Source of the DNA: Candidatus Thiodiazotropha sp.
GTDB taxonomy: Bacteria; Pseudomonadota; Gammaproteobacteria; Chromatiales; Chromatiaceae
Direction: 5' to 3'
NCBI GenBank assembly: GCA_040507225.1
Contig: JBEVVG010000001.1
Location: forward strand, 337,054-401,053
Length of the DNA stretch: 64,000 bases
The first letter of the stretch is position 1; each line of letters opens with the position of its first letter. The notes under the pieces were generated by a model that was not told where the DNA came from, ran no database searches, and was given only the letters and a program-made list of their open reading frames with translations. Below, piece after piece: positions 27,104 through 36,761 of this stretch. The position numbers were made by a program, and so were the translations under genes.

Positions 27104-28495
27104 CTACAGACTGGTCCCGGGGGACACGATCTTCATGCCGTGGATTACGAGTTCAGGGTACAGCGGTGAGTCGATGCGCCCCAGGGAGAATATCAGGGTC
27201 GAATCCACGGGGGCTTCCACGGCGGCTTCCTGACCGACCAACTGGGTGCCCGCGATGTCCAGGCGGCTGTTGTAGGCTTCGATGGCGACCCGTCCTTCGA
27301 TATGGCCGGCGGTGATGGTGATGGTGGAATTGTGTGAGGTCAGGGCGGTGTCCAGTGATATGAGTCGGCTGTTACGCAGGCTGGCACTTGAGTCGATGAT
27401 CACCGCGCTGTTGATCTCCGCATCCTGGATCATGATGTTCTGACAGTCCTCGATCAGTAAACTGCCGATGCGTCCGGAAAACACCCGGTCGGACTGGCCT
27501 CGACACTCCGCGGTTGCCCGGTACGCCGCTTGCGCCGGTTTGGCGGGTGTTTCCGCCGGTTTCCAGGTCTGTTCCAGGTGGGGCTTGAGCAGATCGTAGA
27601 ATCTCTGGGGCAGCTCAATAAAGGCGATGTGGCCACCGGGTATAAGCTCCAGGCGGGCGTTCGGGATCAGGGATTCCAGCGTATATCCGGTGCGCACCGG
27701 TGCGATCTTGTCCTGTTCCCCCCAGACAATCAGGGTCGGCTGGTGGATGGTTTCGGGTATTCGGCTGAAATCGTTCTGCACCAGGGCCAAACCGGCGATA
27801 GCACTGGGTTCTCCACGCAGCACCTTGGTTCGAAAGGGTTTCAGATTGATCAGCAGATCCATGTCGACCGGGGCGCGCTTTTCCAGCGCACTCATCAGGG
27901 CGCCGGCCAGGTTGGTGACCTTTCGGTCATCGAACAGGTTGTACTGGTTGAGCACCCGGTCGATGCCAAGCGGTGCCAGGTACTTGGTATAGGCCTGGCG
28001 ATGCAGGATTCCGGCGGCATCGATAAGGGTCAGGGTTTTCACCGTTTCCGGGTAATCGTGGGTGTATTGCAGGCTGATCGCGCCCCCCATGGAATGGCCC
28101 ACCAGGTGAAAAGGTCTGCCCACGTGTTTGCGCGTCAGTTGACGGATCAGACGTGAATAATTGGCCGGAGAATAGACCTGGTTCGCCTTGCTGGAACGAC
28201 CGAACCCGGGCAGATCGAACGAAAATACAAAATAGTCTGGCGACAGGCGTTCGAACAGGTCGTCCCAACAGGTCGAAGCCTCATCGCCCAGGCCATGGAC
28301 CAGAACCACCGCAGGATTCTTCACATTGCCGGCGCTTTTCACATAGACCTGACCACCAAACACCGCTTCAGCTTCAAACCAATCCTGCGACTCCGCGCCG
28401 CTGACCATGCTGGGCAGCAGGCTGGCGATGATGAGCAGTGGCAGTAAACCGAAGATCTTCATGGGTTGTTTAATGATCATGCGTGTGTTCATCAT
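27104..28495 (-). CDS. Secreted alpha/beta hydrolase with a C-terminal repeat (beta-solenoid-like) domain
   Basis: 463 aa with a signal peptide, VVLVHGLGD, the GHSMGG nucleophile elbow, and a C-terminal region of about 140 aa with a periodic I/V-x-I/L-x-D/S/N pattern. Confidence 0.8.
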   Translation of the reverse strand: MMNTRMIIKQPMKIFGLLPLLIIASLLPSMVSGAESQDWFEAEAVFGGQVYVKSAGNVKNPAVVLVHGLGDEASTCWDDLFERLSPDYFVFSFDLPGFGRSSKANQVYSPANYSRLIRQLTRKHVGRPFHLVGHSMGGAISLQYTHDYPETVKTLTLIDAAGILHRQAYTKYLAPLGIDRVLNQYNLFDDRKVTNLAGALMSALEKRAPVDMDLLINLKPFRTKVLRGEPSAIAGLALVQNDFSRIPETIHQPTLIVWGEQDKIAPVRTGYTLESLIPNARLELIPGGHIAFIELPQRFYDLLKPHLEQTWKPAETPAKPAQAAYRATAECRGQSDRVFSGRIGSLLIEDCQNIMIQDAEINSAVIIDSSASLRNSRLISLDTALTSHNSTITITAGHIEGRVAIEAYNSRLDIAGTQLVGQEAAVEAPVDSTLIFSLGRIDSPLYPELVIHGMKIVSPGTSL

Positions 28496-28524
28496 TCATT
28501 CACTGGAATTGAGGCGGGCATTAC

Positions 28525-29898
28525 TCAGAGCTCGAGTTGATAACAGGGTATATAGTCACCTTGCAGCTTCATGCGATTCTGTTCTGCGAAAGCCATCAGC
28601 ATACGATCCATGGCATGCATCACTTCCGCTTCACCCTTCAGTTGGAAGGGACCGTGGCGTTCCACGGCCCTGATACCCTCGTCTTTGACATTGCCCGCAA
28701 CGATGCCGGAGAAGGCACAACGCAGACTGGCGGCCATCCTGTGGCCCTGTTGCTGACGGTTGAGGTTCAGTGCGGCCATCGCCTTGTGGGTGGGTTTGAA
28801 CGGTTGCTGCAGATCCTGGTCGATATGCAGGCGCCAGTTGAAGTAGAACGCGTCGTTATGCTCATAGCGAAAGGCGCGTACCTTTTCCATGGCCTCCTTC
28901 AGCTGTCTTGCCACCGCCGCGGGATCGTTGATGATCACCTGGTAGTGTTGCTGCGCCGCTGCTCCCAGGGTGTCGCCGATGAACCGGTCGATTTCCTCGA
29001 AGTAGCCGGCACTCTCGGCAGGACCGGTGAGGAGCAGGGGAAAGGCGTGATCCTGATTATCCGGATGCATGAGTATGCCCAGCAGGTAGAGCAGTTCCTC
29101 CATGGTGCCCGCACCGCCAGGAAATATCACCACCCCGTGACCGGTACGCACGAACGCCTCCAGACGCTTTTCGATGTCTGGCATGATCACCAGTTGATTG
29201 ACGATGGGGTTGGGAGGTTCCGAAGCAATGATGCCAGGCTCGGTGATACCGAGATAGCGCCCGTGCCCGATGCGTTGCTTGGCATGGCCGATGGTGGCGC
29301 CTTTCATGGGCCCTTTCATCGCCCCGGGACCACAGCCGGTACACACATTCATGCCCCTGAGTCCCAGTTCGTATCCCACCTCTTTGGAATAGTCGTATTC
29401 ACAGCGTCCGATCGAGTGACCGCCCCAGCATACGATCAGGTTGGGGTGACGTCCGGTGGGCAGCACCCGAGCGTTTCTCAGGATGTCGAACACCGCCGAA
29501 GTGATATGGGATGACTGCTTGAGGTTATAGTGTGGATTGCGCTCGATTTCGTTATGGACGTAGACGATGTCACGCAGCACGGCGAACAGGTGTTCCTGAA
29601 TGCCGAGAATCATGCGGCCATCCACGAATGCACTGGCGGGTGCGTTTTCCAGGCGTAGCTCGATGCCCCGGTTGGTCTGGGTCAGATGCACCCCGAAATC
29701 CCGGTAGGTCTCGAAGATGACCCTGGCATCGTCGGTCTCGCTGCCGCAGTTGAGCACCGCCAGAGCACAGCGTCGGAACAGGCTGTACAGGCCCCGCGCG
29801 CTGGTGTCGAGCAGGGCATTGACCTCGAGTTGGGAAAGTATTTCGAGACTGCCTTCAGGACGCACCGAGGCGCTGAGTTTGTGTGTGGTCTGTTTCAA
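28525..29898 (-). CDS. ppnN: Nucleotide 5'-monophosphate nucleosidase PpnN (YgdH, LOG family)
   Basis: 457 aa, collinear with E. coli YgdH: LSQLEV..L..., VCWGGHSI, CTGCGPGAMKGPMKGA, IMPDIEKRLEAFVR, FPGG.GT.EELLYLLGILM, FSGIVAGNVK. Confidence 0.85.
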   Translation of the reverse strand: MKQTTHKLSASVRPEGSLEILSQLEVNALLDTSARGLYSLFRRCALAVLNCGSETDDARVIFETYRDFGVHLTQTNRGIELRLENAPASAFVDGRMILGIQEHLFAVLRDIVYVHNEIERNPHYNLKQSSHITSAVFDILRNARVLPTGRHPNLIVCWGGHSIGRCEYDYSKEVGYELGLRGMNVCTGCGPGAMKGPMKGATIGHAKQRIGHGRYLGITEPGIIASEPPNPIVNQLVIMPDIEKRLEAFVRTGHGVVIFPGGAGTMEELLYLLGILMHPDNQDHAFPLLLTGPAESAGYFEEIDRFIGDTLGAAAQQHYQVIINDPAAVARQLKEAMEKVRAFRYEHNDAFYFNWRLHIDQDLQQPFKPTHKAMAALNLNRQQQGHRMAASLRCAFSGIVAGNVKDEGIRAVERHGPFQLKGEAEVMHAMDRMLMAFAEQNRMKLQGDYIPCYQLEL

Positions 29899-30020
29899 AA
29901 CGGCCCTTGGTCAAACGGGCATCAGAGGGGTTTGCCCGGCCCCCGGGCCAAGCTGACGGGCCCAGGGGGTTCAATGTTGTTGTAGCGCAACCTCCTGCTG
30001 TCACGGCAATCCTTCAGGGA

Positions 30021-31007
30021 TCATCGTTTCGGCAGCAGTTCCTCGATGATGTTGCGTTCTTCGCGTAATTCCTTTTCCGAAGCCTTAAGGCGCGAGAGGC
30101 TGAATTCATCCAGTTCGAGTCCCTGAACGATCTCATAGTTCCCGCCGCTGCAAGTGACCGGGTAGGAAAACACCACGCCTTCCTCGATACCGTAACTGCC
30201 GTCTGAATGGACCGCCATGCTCACCCAGTCACCCTCCCGGGTGCCGAGCGCCCAGTCGTGCACATGATCAACCACCGCGTCCGCCGCTGAGGCCGCCGAG
30301 GAGAGGCCGCGGGCCTCGATGATCTCCGCACCCCGGCGTTGAATGCGGGGTATGAAGTGATCGATGGCCCAGTCCCGGGTGACCAGGTCGAATACCGGCT
30401 TGCCGTCGACCATGCAGTTGTCGATGTGCGGGTACTGGGTCATTGAATGGTTGCCCCAGATGGTCATACGCATGATGTCGGCGACCCGGGTGTTGGTACG
30501 GTTGGCCAACTGACCCAGGGCACGGTTGTGGTCCAGACGGGTCATGGCGGAGAACTGGTTCGGACTGAGGTCGGGGGCATTGGCCGCCGCGATCAGGGCG
30601 TTGGTGTTGGCCGGGTTGCCGACCACTAGGACGCGTACGTTTTCTGATGCGAAATCATTGATGGTGCGGCCCTGGTTGGAAAAGATCAGCGCATTTTCCG
30701 TAATCAGATCCTTGCGCTCCATGCCTTTTCCACGGGGTTTGGCGCCGATGAGTATCGCGTAGTCGGCACCCCGAAAACCAATTTTCGGATCATCGGTCAG
30801 CACGATGTCGTGCAGCAGGGGAAAGGCGCAATCCTCCAGTTCCATGCCGACACCATGGAGTGAAGACAGGGCCTGGGGTATCTCGAGCAATCTCAGAATA
30901 ACCGGTTGCTCCTGGCCGAACATGGCGCCGGAAGCGATGCGGAATGCCAGCGCGTATCCGATGTGACCGGCGGCGCCGGTAAGGGTGACTTTGATTGCAG
31001 GCTTCAT
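30021..31007 (-). CDS. mdh: Malate dehydrogenase (328-aa type)
   Basis: [22 protein letters not shown]..., GNPANTNA and MTRLDHNRA motifs. Confidence 0.95.
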   Translation of the reverse strand: MKPAIKVTLTGAAGHIGYALAFRIASGAMFGQEQPVILRLLEIPQALSSLHGVGMELEDCAFPLLHDIVLTDDPKIGFRGADYAILIGAKPRGKGMERKDLITENALIFSNQGRTINDFASENVRVLVVGNPANTNALIAAANAPDLSPNQFSAMTRLDHNRALGQLANRTNTRVADIMRMTIWGNHSMTQYPHIDNCMVDGKPVFDLVTRDWAIDHFIPRIQRRGAEIIEARGLSSAASAADAVVDHVHDWALGTREGDWVSMAVHSDGSYGIEEGVVFSYPVTCSGGNYEIVQGLELDEFSLSRLKASEKELREERNIIEELLPKR

Positions 31008-31246
31008 CTCGGTTGGATCCTCCCGTGAGGTTAAGGGTTACCCGTAACTTCTGGGCATCATTGGAAAGCTACCTGAACCCTAACAATACAGGGTTGCGAG
31101 GATGCTGAACAGGTTTGAGCGACAGCGAATCGGCGTCGTTCGCGAAGCGCGAGGTGGATGCGGCATCAGCCAGACTGGGAAGCGCTGAATCTCATCCTTA
31201 TTATTCGATTCTGCATGCTGCGGGGCTGTTGTCTGGCCTCGCAGGA

Positions 31247-32875
31247 TCAGGACTCGAGATGCTGATAAGGCGGGTGTGTCTCGAGACGGTCATCCTGTTT
31301 TGCCTGGCCCAGGGTGAAATGGTAAAGGCTTTGAAACTGACGGTCCTTCAGGCCGAGAATCTCATGCACCCCATCGTCGAAGAAACAGCCGATACCCGTG
31401 CCCCGCATTCCCAAGAGTTCGGCCTGTAAATAGAGCGTCTGTCCGATCAAGCCGGCTTCCCAGAACAGTTCCGGGTAACCTTGAAAGCCCCGTTCTTGCA
31501 ACACCGGTTCGAATGCCGAGAGCATCCCGAGGCTGAAGTAGCTGCTCGCGGCGATATCCTGATGACAGGAGAGGGTCCGGGCAGCGCGTTTCGCGTCACT
31601 GCGGAGCAGCTGAAACAGGGGCAGATGCGCCGGGGCGGAGTCCAGGGGTGACCAGTCGAACTGGGGATCCACGGCTTTCTTGAGTGCCTCCAGGTGGGAG
31701 GGATTGCGGCACAATAGATAGACACCGGGTTCCAGGTCCCGTACCCGGTGAACGAAGATCAGCAGATTGATATTGGGTTCGAAGGGCCAGCAGTCCCAGG
31801 GGACTCTGTCATGACGTGGCAGGGTCTGATCCAGGAGGTGGAAGAATTCCTCTGCCTCGCAATAGGCCTTGCCGTTGAAGGCCTGGGCGCTGCGGCGTTG
31901 CAGAATGATGTTGCGCGCGGAACCGGATCCGCGAAACTCAGGATCGGGCCAGTCGTGAACGGGTGCTGGGGGCGGACTGTACGAGGGAGAAGACAGCAGG
32001 CACTTTTCCACCGCGTCGATGACCGGCCATTGATGGCGCGGATGAGTGCTGAGACGGTTGGGATGGCCGTGCCAGTTTTGCGTCTTCGGAATGAGCAGCG
32101 TTTCTCGCGGGTCGGAGTCCAGGTTCGAAGCTCCCTGGGGGGTCAGCTTGAGCAGGAGATCGGGCATCTCCGGCTCCACCGAATCGAAATCCTCAGTCCT
32201 GTCCACACCGATCAGGCCTGCCAGCTTCGAACGCTCCACCGGCATGCGATCAAGACGATAGCCCTGGATCGCGGCGGAGTAGGCGAGTGCGCCCAAAGCG
32301 TGTCCCAGGTCGAGCTGCACATAGCGAAAGGCACGTTCCCCGTATTTCCAGGCCTCGCGCCAGGCGATGCTGCTCAGCGCCAACCACACCTCGGCGGGTC
32401 GGGTGACGGGAGAAGCAGCGGATGCGAACTCGCAGCGCAATTCCAGTGCGTGGTGAAAAGGGTTGTAGTGGTAGACACCGTCGCGGAGATCCGAAAATTG
32501 TTGCAGAACCAGGTAGCACTCCGTGGGATGCAGGTTGCCGCTGGAGGGATTACATCGCAGGGACCAGCGATCCGGGCCGAAGGATTTCCAGGCCGACAGC
32601 CCGAGGCTGTGGCGTAACAGGTCGGCGAGTTCTTCGGCTCCCCACTCAGACAAGGGTCTGAGTGGCCTAATGCCATCCAGATCCGATATCTGGGGGTCGG
32701 GCAAGCGGGTGAAAGCTCGTGTCAGGGCGATGCGAGGGGCACCTTCGTAGGTTCGAAACGGGTCGGGTTGCTGATCCCAGTCGAGAAAATCCGGTCCTGC
32801 CGCGTATCCTTCGAAGCGGTGCTTGGTCCGTTCGTGATAATCAAGAATCTGCTCAAGCGGGTCACGGCATGACAT
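31247..32875 (-). CDS. SagB/ThcOx-type nitroreductase-family protein (two tandem domains)
   Basis: 542 aa. YHERTKH at the N-terminus is the SagB-type dehydrogenase signature. There is a second nitroreductase-like half (...ILQRRSAQAF...). Confidence 0.7.
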   Translation of the reverse strand: MSCRDPLEQILDYHERTKHRFEGYAAGPDFLDWDQQPDPFRTYEGAPRIALTRAFTRLPDPQISDLDGIRPLRPLSEWGAEELADLLRHSLGLSAWKSFGPDRWSLRCNPSSGNLHPTECYLVLQQFSDLRDGVYHYNPFHHALELRCEFASAASPVTRPAEVWLALSSIAWREAWKYGERAFRYVQLDLGHALGALAYSAAIQGYRLDRMPVERSKLAGLIGVDRTEDFDSVEPEMPDLLLKLTPQGASNLDSDPRETLLIPKTQNWHGHPNRLSTHPRHQWPVIDAVEKCLLSSPSYSPPPAPVHDWPDPEFRGSGSARNIILQRRSAQAFNGKAYCEAEEFFHLLDQTLPRHDRVPWDCWPFEPNINLLIFVHRVRDLEPGVYLLCRNPSHLEALKKAVDPQFDWSPLDSAPAHLPLFQLLRSDAKRAARTLSCHQDIAASSYFSLGMLSAFEPVLQERGFQGYPELFWEAGLIGQTLYLQAELLGMRGTGIGCFFDDGVHEILGLKDRQFQSLYHFTLGQAKQDDRLETHPPYQHLES

Positions 32876-32915
32876 GAAAGCGGTCTTCGGGTCGTGTGAG
32901 AGGCGATTAGATCGA

Positions 32916-33152
32916 TCAGGAAGTCCTAAGCTCTTCGGGGGTTTTGGCCCGCACGGTCAGCGCATGCAGTTCACCCGAGGTGATTTCATCATGGAACAGA
33001 CTCAGAATCGAACGCTGACGTTGCAGAAGTTTCATTTCCGCGAAGGCGGGAGTGGTTACATTCACCTCGAAACTGCAACTTTCCCCGGCGACCTGAATAT
33101 CCGCATCGGGATAGATGTCTTGTATGCGTTTGATCAGTTCTTGTTCGTTCAT
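32916..33152 (-). CDS. BolA/IbaG-family protein
   Basis: 78 aa. ...FEVNVTTPAFAEMKLLQRQRSILSLFHDEITSGELHALTVRAKTPEE fits the BolA fold signature. Confidence 0.75.
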   Translation of the reverse strand: MNEQELIKRIQDIYPDADIQVAGESCSFEVNVTTPAFAEMKLLQRQRSILSLFHDEITSGELHALTVRAKTPEELRTS

Positions 33153-33325
33153 GGCTATACCCTGTCCTCAATATTAAGCGATTCGCATCGTCTTCACTCT
33201 CATTCCTATCATCGCATGTCCGGGCCGGCTGTGGCGACTCATATAGGGCAGTATTCGTAGGGTATTCGGATACGGGTTGAGTGTTGACAGGTCGGGGAGG
33301 ACTGTGATGCAAGATCATCTGTTTA

Positions 33326-33339
33326 TTGATAATTCTCAA
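33326..33339. promoter_or_regulatory. FNR/CRP-family-like palindrome TTGAT-aatt-CTCAA upstream of the MCP gene
   Basis: One mismatch to TTGAT-N4-ATCAA. It lies about 120 bp upstream of the ATG at 33457. Confidence 0.25.
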
Positions 33340-33456
33340 TCACACTCTGTGAGGTTGATTGCTCTGCAAGGGTCAAGGATATCCATCCATGGTCGTTAGT
33401 TTTGGAGATATAAATCATACGGAACCACACACAGCAGTATTTGGGAGAAACGTACC

Positions 33457-35085
33457 ATGTTCGGCTCAGGATTTTCGATCAAGATGAGATTGCTGTTGAT
33501 CGCCGCAGCCACCTCGTTGTTGTTCATGACCGCGATATTGTTCACTTTGCGCGGTACCGATGAGGTCAGCCAGCAATTTACCGATTTCATCAATCAGGAC
33601 CAGAAGCGGCTCGGTACTTTGCAGGTGATGCAGGCGGACGGATCCCAGGCGATCATCGCGGCGGCGAAGAAGATCATGGTGCCGGATCTCAAGCCACCTG
33701 CGGAGGTGGCGGCTAAGTCCGCCAAGAAATTTGATGAGGCCCTGAAGCAGGCCGAGACGCTTTACAGCGAAGACCCGCAGGGGCAGCAGGGGATCAAGCG
33801 TATCTCGACACTGTGGTCCGAATGTCGTCCGGATACCCTAGCGGTGATCCGTTTGATCGACGAGGCCAGGCATGACGAAGCCCAGACGCTGTTCATCAAG
33901 AAGGTGCAAAAAAACTGGGGCAGTATCCGCAAGGAACTGCAGCCTTTGATTGCGCGGGAAGCGGAGCGCGTAGCCGAGACCCAGGCGAGTGTCAGCCAGC
34001 AGGTGACCAAGACCTTCCAGGCGGGTGTGGGCCTCGGGGTGATCGCTCTGCTCAGCGCCCTGGCCATGAATCTGCTGGGCAGTCGCAGCATCGTGCGCAG
34101 CATCAACAATGTCGCAGGGGCTTTGGAGAAGATCGGTTCTGAAGGCGGGGATCTGACCTGTCGTCTACCGGCTGAGGGCGGTATCGAGTTGGAGCGTCTG
34201 GCGAGAGGCTTCAATCAATTCGTCGAGAAAACCCAGAATCTCATGACCCAGGTCACCGCGTCGACCCAACAGATGAACGTATGTTCCTCGGAACTTACCC
34301 AGGTTGCGAAAACTTCCCGCGCCACCGCGGACCAGCAGGATGAAGCGATGCAGCAGGTGGCAACCGCAATGACGCAGATGGCGGTGGCGGTTAAAAGTGT
34401 TGCGGAAAGCGCCGCTCACGCGGCATCTCTGGCTGAAACCGCGGATACCCAGGCAAAAGACGGGAACCTGGTGGTCAGTCGCACCATCCAGGCGATCCAG
34501 ACCCTGTCGGGGGATGTGGAAAAGGCATCGGATGACATGCGTGCCCTGGAGCAGGAAACCAACCAGGTGGAAATGGTTGTCTCAGTGATCAAGGGCATCG
34601 CTGAGCAGACCAATCTACTGGCCTTGAACGCAGCCATCGAAGCCGCCAGGGCCGGTGAAATGGGGCGGGGTTTCGCGGTGGTTGCCGACGAGGTACGTAC
34701 CCTGGCCAGTCGTACCCAGAGTTCGACCCGGGAAATCATCGAGATCATCGAACGCCTGCAGGACGGCGCACATCGCACTGCAACGATGATGGAGGAGAGC
34801 CGTAACAGTGTTCTGCAAACCCTGGATCAGGCCTCTCAGGCTGGGAATGCCCTCACCACGATCACCCAGGCAGTGGCTGAGATTCGGGATGTGAACGTCA
34901 ATATCGCCAGTGCGGCCGAGGAGCAGCAGGCCGTGTCTGATGAAATACATCGCAATACCCTGAGTGTGGGCGAGTTGTCACAGCTGAGTAAGGAATCAAC
35001 GGTTTTGACTGAGGGCGCGGGCCAGGAACTACGTAATATCACGGCGCAGATCAGCGGACTCGTTGGACGTTTCAAAGTCGCCTAG
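33457..35085 (+). CDS. Methyl-accepting chemotaxis protein
   Basis: 542 aa with an N-terminal TM helix, a helical sensor, a second TM helix, a HAMP domain and the conserved signalling hairpin ...[35 protein letters not shown]. Confidence 0.9.
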   Translation: MFGSGFSIKMRLLLIAAATSLLFMTAILFTLRGTDEVSQQFTDFINQDQKRLGTLQVMQADGSQAIIAAAKKIMVPDLKPPAEVAAKSAKKFDEALKQAETLYSEDPQGQQGIKRISTLWSECRPDTLAVIRLIDEARHDEAQTLFIKKVQKNWGSIRKELQPLIAREAERVAETQASVSQQVTKTFQAGVGLGVIALLSALAMNLLGSRSIVRSINNVAGALEKIGSEGGDLTCRLPAEGGIELERLARGFNQFVEKTQNLMTQVTASTQQMNVCSSELTQVAKTSRATADQQDEAMQQVATAMTQMAVAVKSVAESAAHAASLAETADTQAKDGNLVVSRTIQAIQTLSGDVEKASDDMRALEQETNQVEMVVSVIKGIAEQTNLLALNAAIEAARAGEMGRGFAVVADEVRTLASRTQSSTREIIEIIERLQDGAHRTATMMEESRNSVLQTLDQASQAGNALTTITQAVAEIRDVNVNIASAAEEQQAVSDEIHRNTLSVGELSQLSKESTVLTEGAGQELRNITAQISGLVGRFKVA

Positions 35086-35291
35086 GACGCCGTTCCCGGT
35101 GAATGGCATGCGCTTGCCTGGCAGTGCCAGTCAGAATTGGCCCGGCAACGGGATTTCTTAGGCCAAACCACAGGCCGGGTCAATAGTGCAGGAACGTCGG
35201 CTGATCCTTGACTCGCGTCACGGGTCCGCTGCTCGTGATTCGGTTGTGTATCACTGAATCGAGAGGAGGACTCACTCAAGCCGGGTGACTT

Positions 35292-35798
35292 TCAGTTGAG
35301 TGAGTGGTTGATCAGCTGCAGTACATCCGGAATATGCGAAATCAGCACCCCGATCACCATCAAGGCCACGACCAGGGTTACACCGCCAACGAAATTGACC
35401 AGAATATTTTTTGCCGGGTTATGATCAGCCAGGGCGTGGGCCACGTCCGAGATGTTGACCAAACCCCTCAGTTCGTCCTTGCGATAAACCAGCAGACGCC
35501 GGCATTTGTGGGTGCGCATCAGGCGAATCGCATTTTTGCAGGAACTGTTGTGAGCCACTGATATCAGGTTCCTCGTACAGACATCGCCCAGTTTTAGTGC
35601 GTCCGGATCCTTGCCGGCACCAACAACGCGCACCAGCAGGTCTCTTTCAGTGAACAGTCCACTGACTGCGCCATGCTCCGTGACGACCAGGGAACCGAGA
35701 TTATGTTTTGCCATGTACTGTGTCGCAGACTGCACATCAGTTGCGCTATCCATGGAAGCGACCGCTTCCGATACGAGTTTGCCGACGTTGCATGCCAT
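35292..35798 (-). CDS. CBS-pair domain protein with a C-terminal TM anchor
   Basis: CBS motifs (...HNLGSLVVTEHGAVSGLFTERDLL..., ...CRRLLVYRKDELRGLVNISDV...) and a hydrophobic tail. The start is uncertain: ATG at 35798, or upstream at 35888/35903. Confidence 0.7.
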   Translation of the reverse strand: MACNVGKLVSEAVASMDSATDVQSATQYMAKHNLGSLVVTEHGAVSGLFTERDLLVRVVGAGKDPDALKLGDVCTRNLISVAHNSSCKNAIRLMRTHKCRRLLVYRKDELRGLVNISDVAHALADHNPAKNILVNFVGGVTLVVALMVIGVLISHIPDVLQLINHSLN

Positions 35799-36095
35799 GG
35801 GTTTCTTCCCAGTAAATTGTAAAAATTCAGAATCCTGACCGGCCGATATACTCCTGCTGTCAAATTCAACTAGCAAAGTATAGGCCATATTCAGTCCGGG
35901 CATCGAGAGTAAATTACTAAATTAATTAAGTGCTTATGTATTGTCCCAGTTTCATCGTTGCGGGCCTCCGGTACCAGGCCGGGCGAACATTTACACCTGT
36001 ATAAGGTCGAATGTCAGCAACTGCTCCACACGGCCACCCGCTGCCTAAAATACCGGATCGATCAGACAGGCCGATGAACAAAAGGAAACATTAAA

Positions 36096-36761
36096 ATGAA
36101 ACGTTGGATGATTCAGACTTTGCAGGCGAACCGGGCCTTTTTGCTGTTCGTTATCTGCATGCTGGTATTTCGCAGCAGCATCGCCGATTGGAACACGGTT
36201 CCCACCGGTTCGATGAAACCCACCATACTGGAAGGTGACCGGGTATGGGTGAACAAGATGGCCTACGATCTCAGGCTGCCCTTCACCCATCTTTCACTCT
36301 ACCGGTTTGCCGATCCCGGACGCGGCGAAGTCGTGATCTTCGACTCGGCGGCGGCGGATAAAAAACTGGTCAAGCGGGTGATCGGCCTGCCAGGGGATGA
36401 GGTGGCCATGCGGGATAATCAAATCTCGATCAATGGCAGGCTGTTGGATTACACATCAGACCCTGTACCGTCCGGCCTGCTTGAACCGGGTTTTTCAGAG
36501 CGGATCGAAACCATTGGAGCGGTGACTCACCGGGTCCGCGTATTGCGGGGTGGGGGGCGGATGTCCAGTTTCCTGCCGGTGGTGGTTCCCGAAGGGCACT
36601 ATCTGGTGTTGGGAGACAATCGGGACAACAGTGCGGATTCCCGGGTCATAGGCTTCGTGCCGAGAGCGGAAATCGTGGGTAGAACCGACACGGTGGTCAT
36701 GTCGCTGAACTATGACAACCACTATCTTCCCAGGCCAGAGCGGTTTTTTCAGGCCCTCTGA
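36096..36761 (+). CDS. lepB: Signal peptidase I (S26 family, short form)
   Basis: TGSMKPTILEGD (Ser box), RVIGLPGD and GDNRDNSADSR boxes. Confidence 0.8.
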   Translation: MKRWMIQTLQANRAFLLFVICMLVFRSSIADWNTVPTGSMKPTILEGDRVWVNKMAYDLRLPFTHLSLYRFADPGRGEVVIFDSAAADKKLVKRVIGLPGDEVAMRDNQISINGRLLDYTSDPVPSGLLEPGFSERIETIGAVTHRVRVLRGGGRMSSFLPVVVPEGHYLVLGDNRDNSADSRVIGFVPRAEIVGRTDTVVMSLNYDNHYLPRPERFFQAL

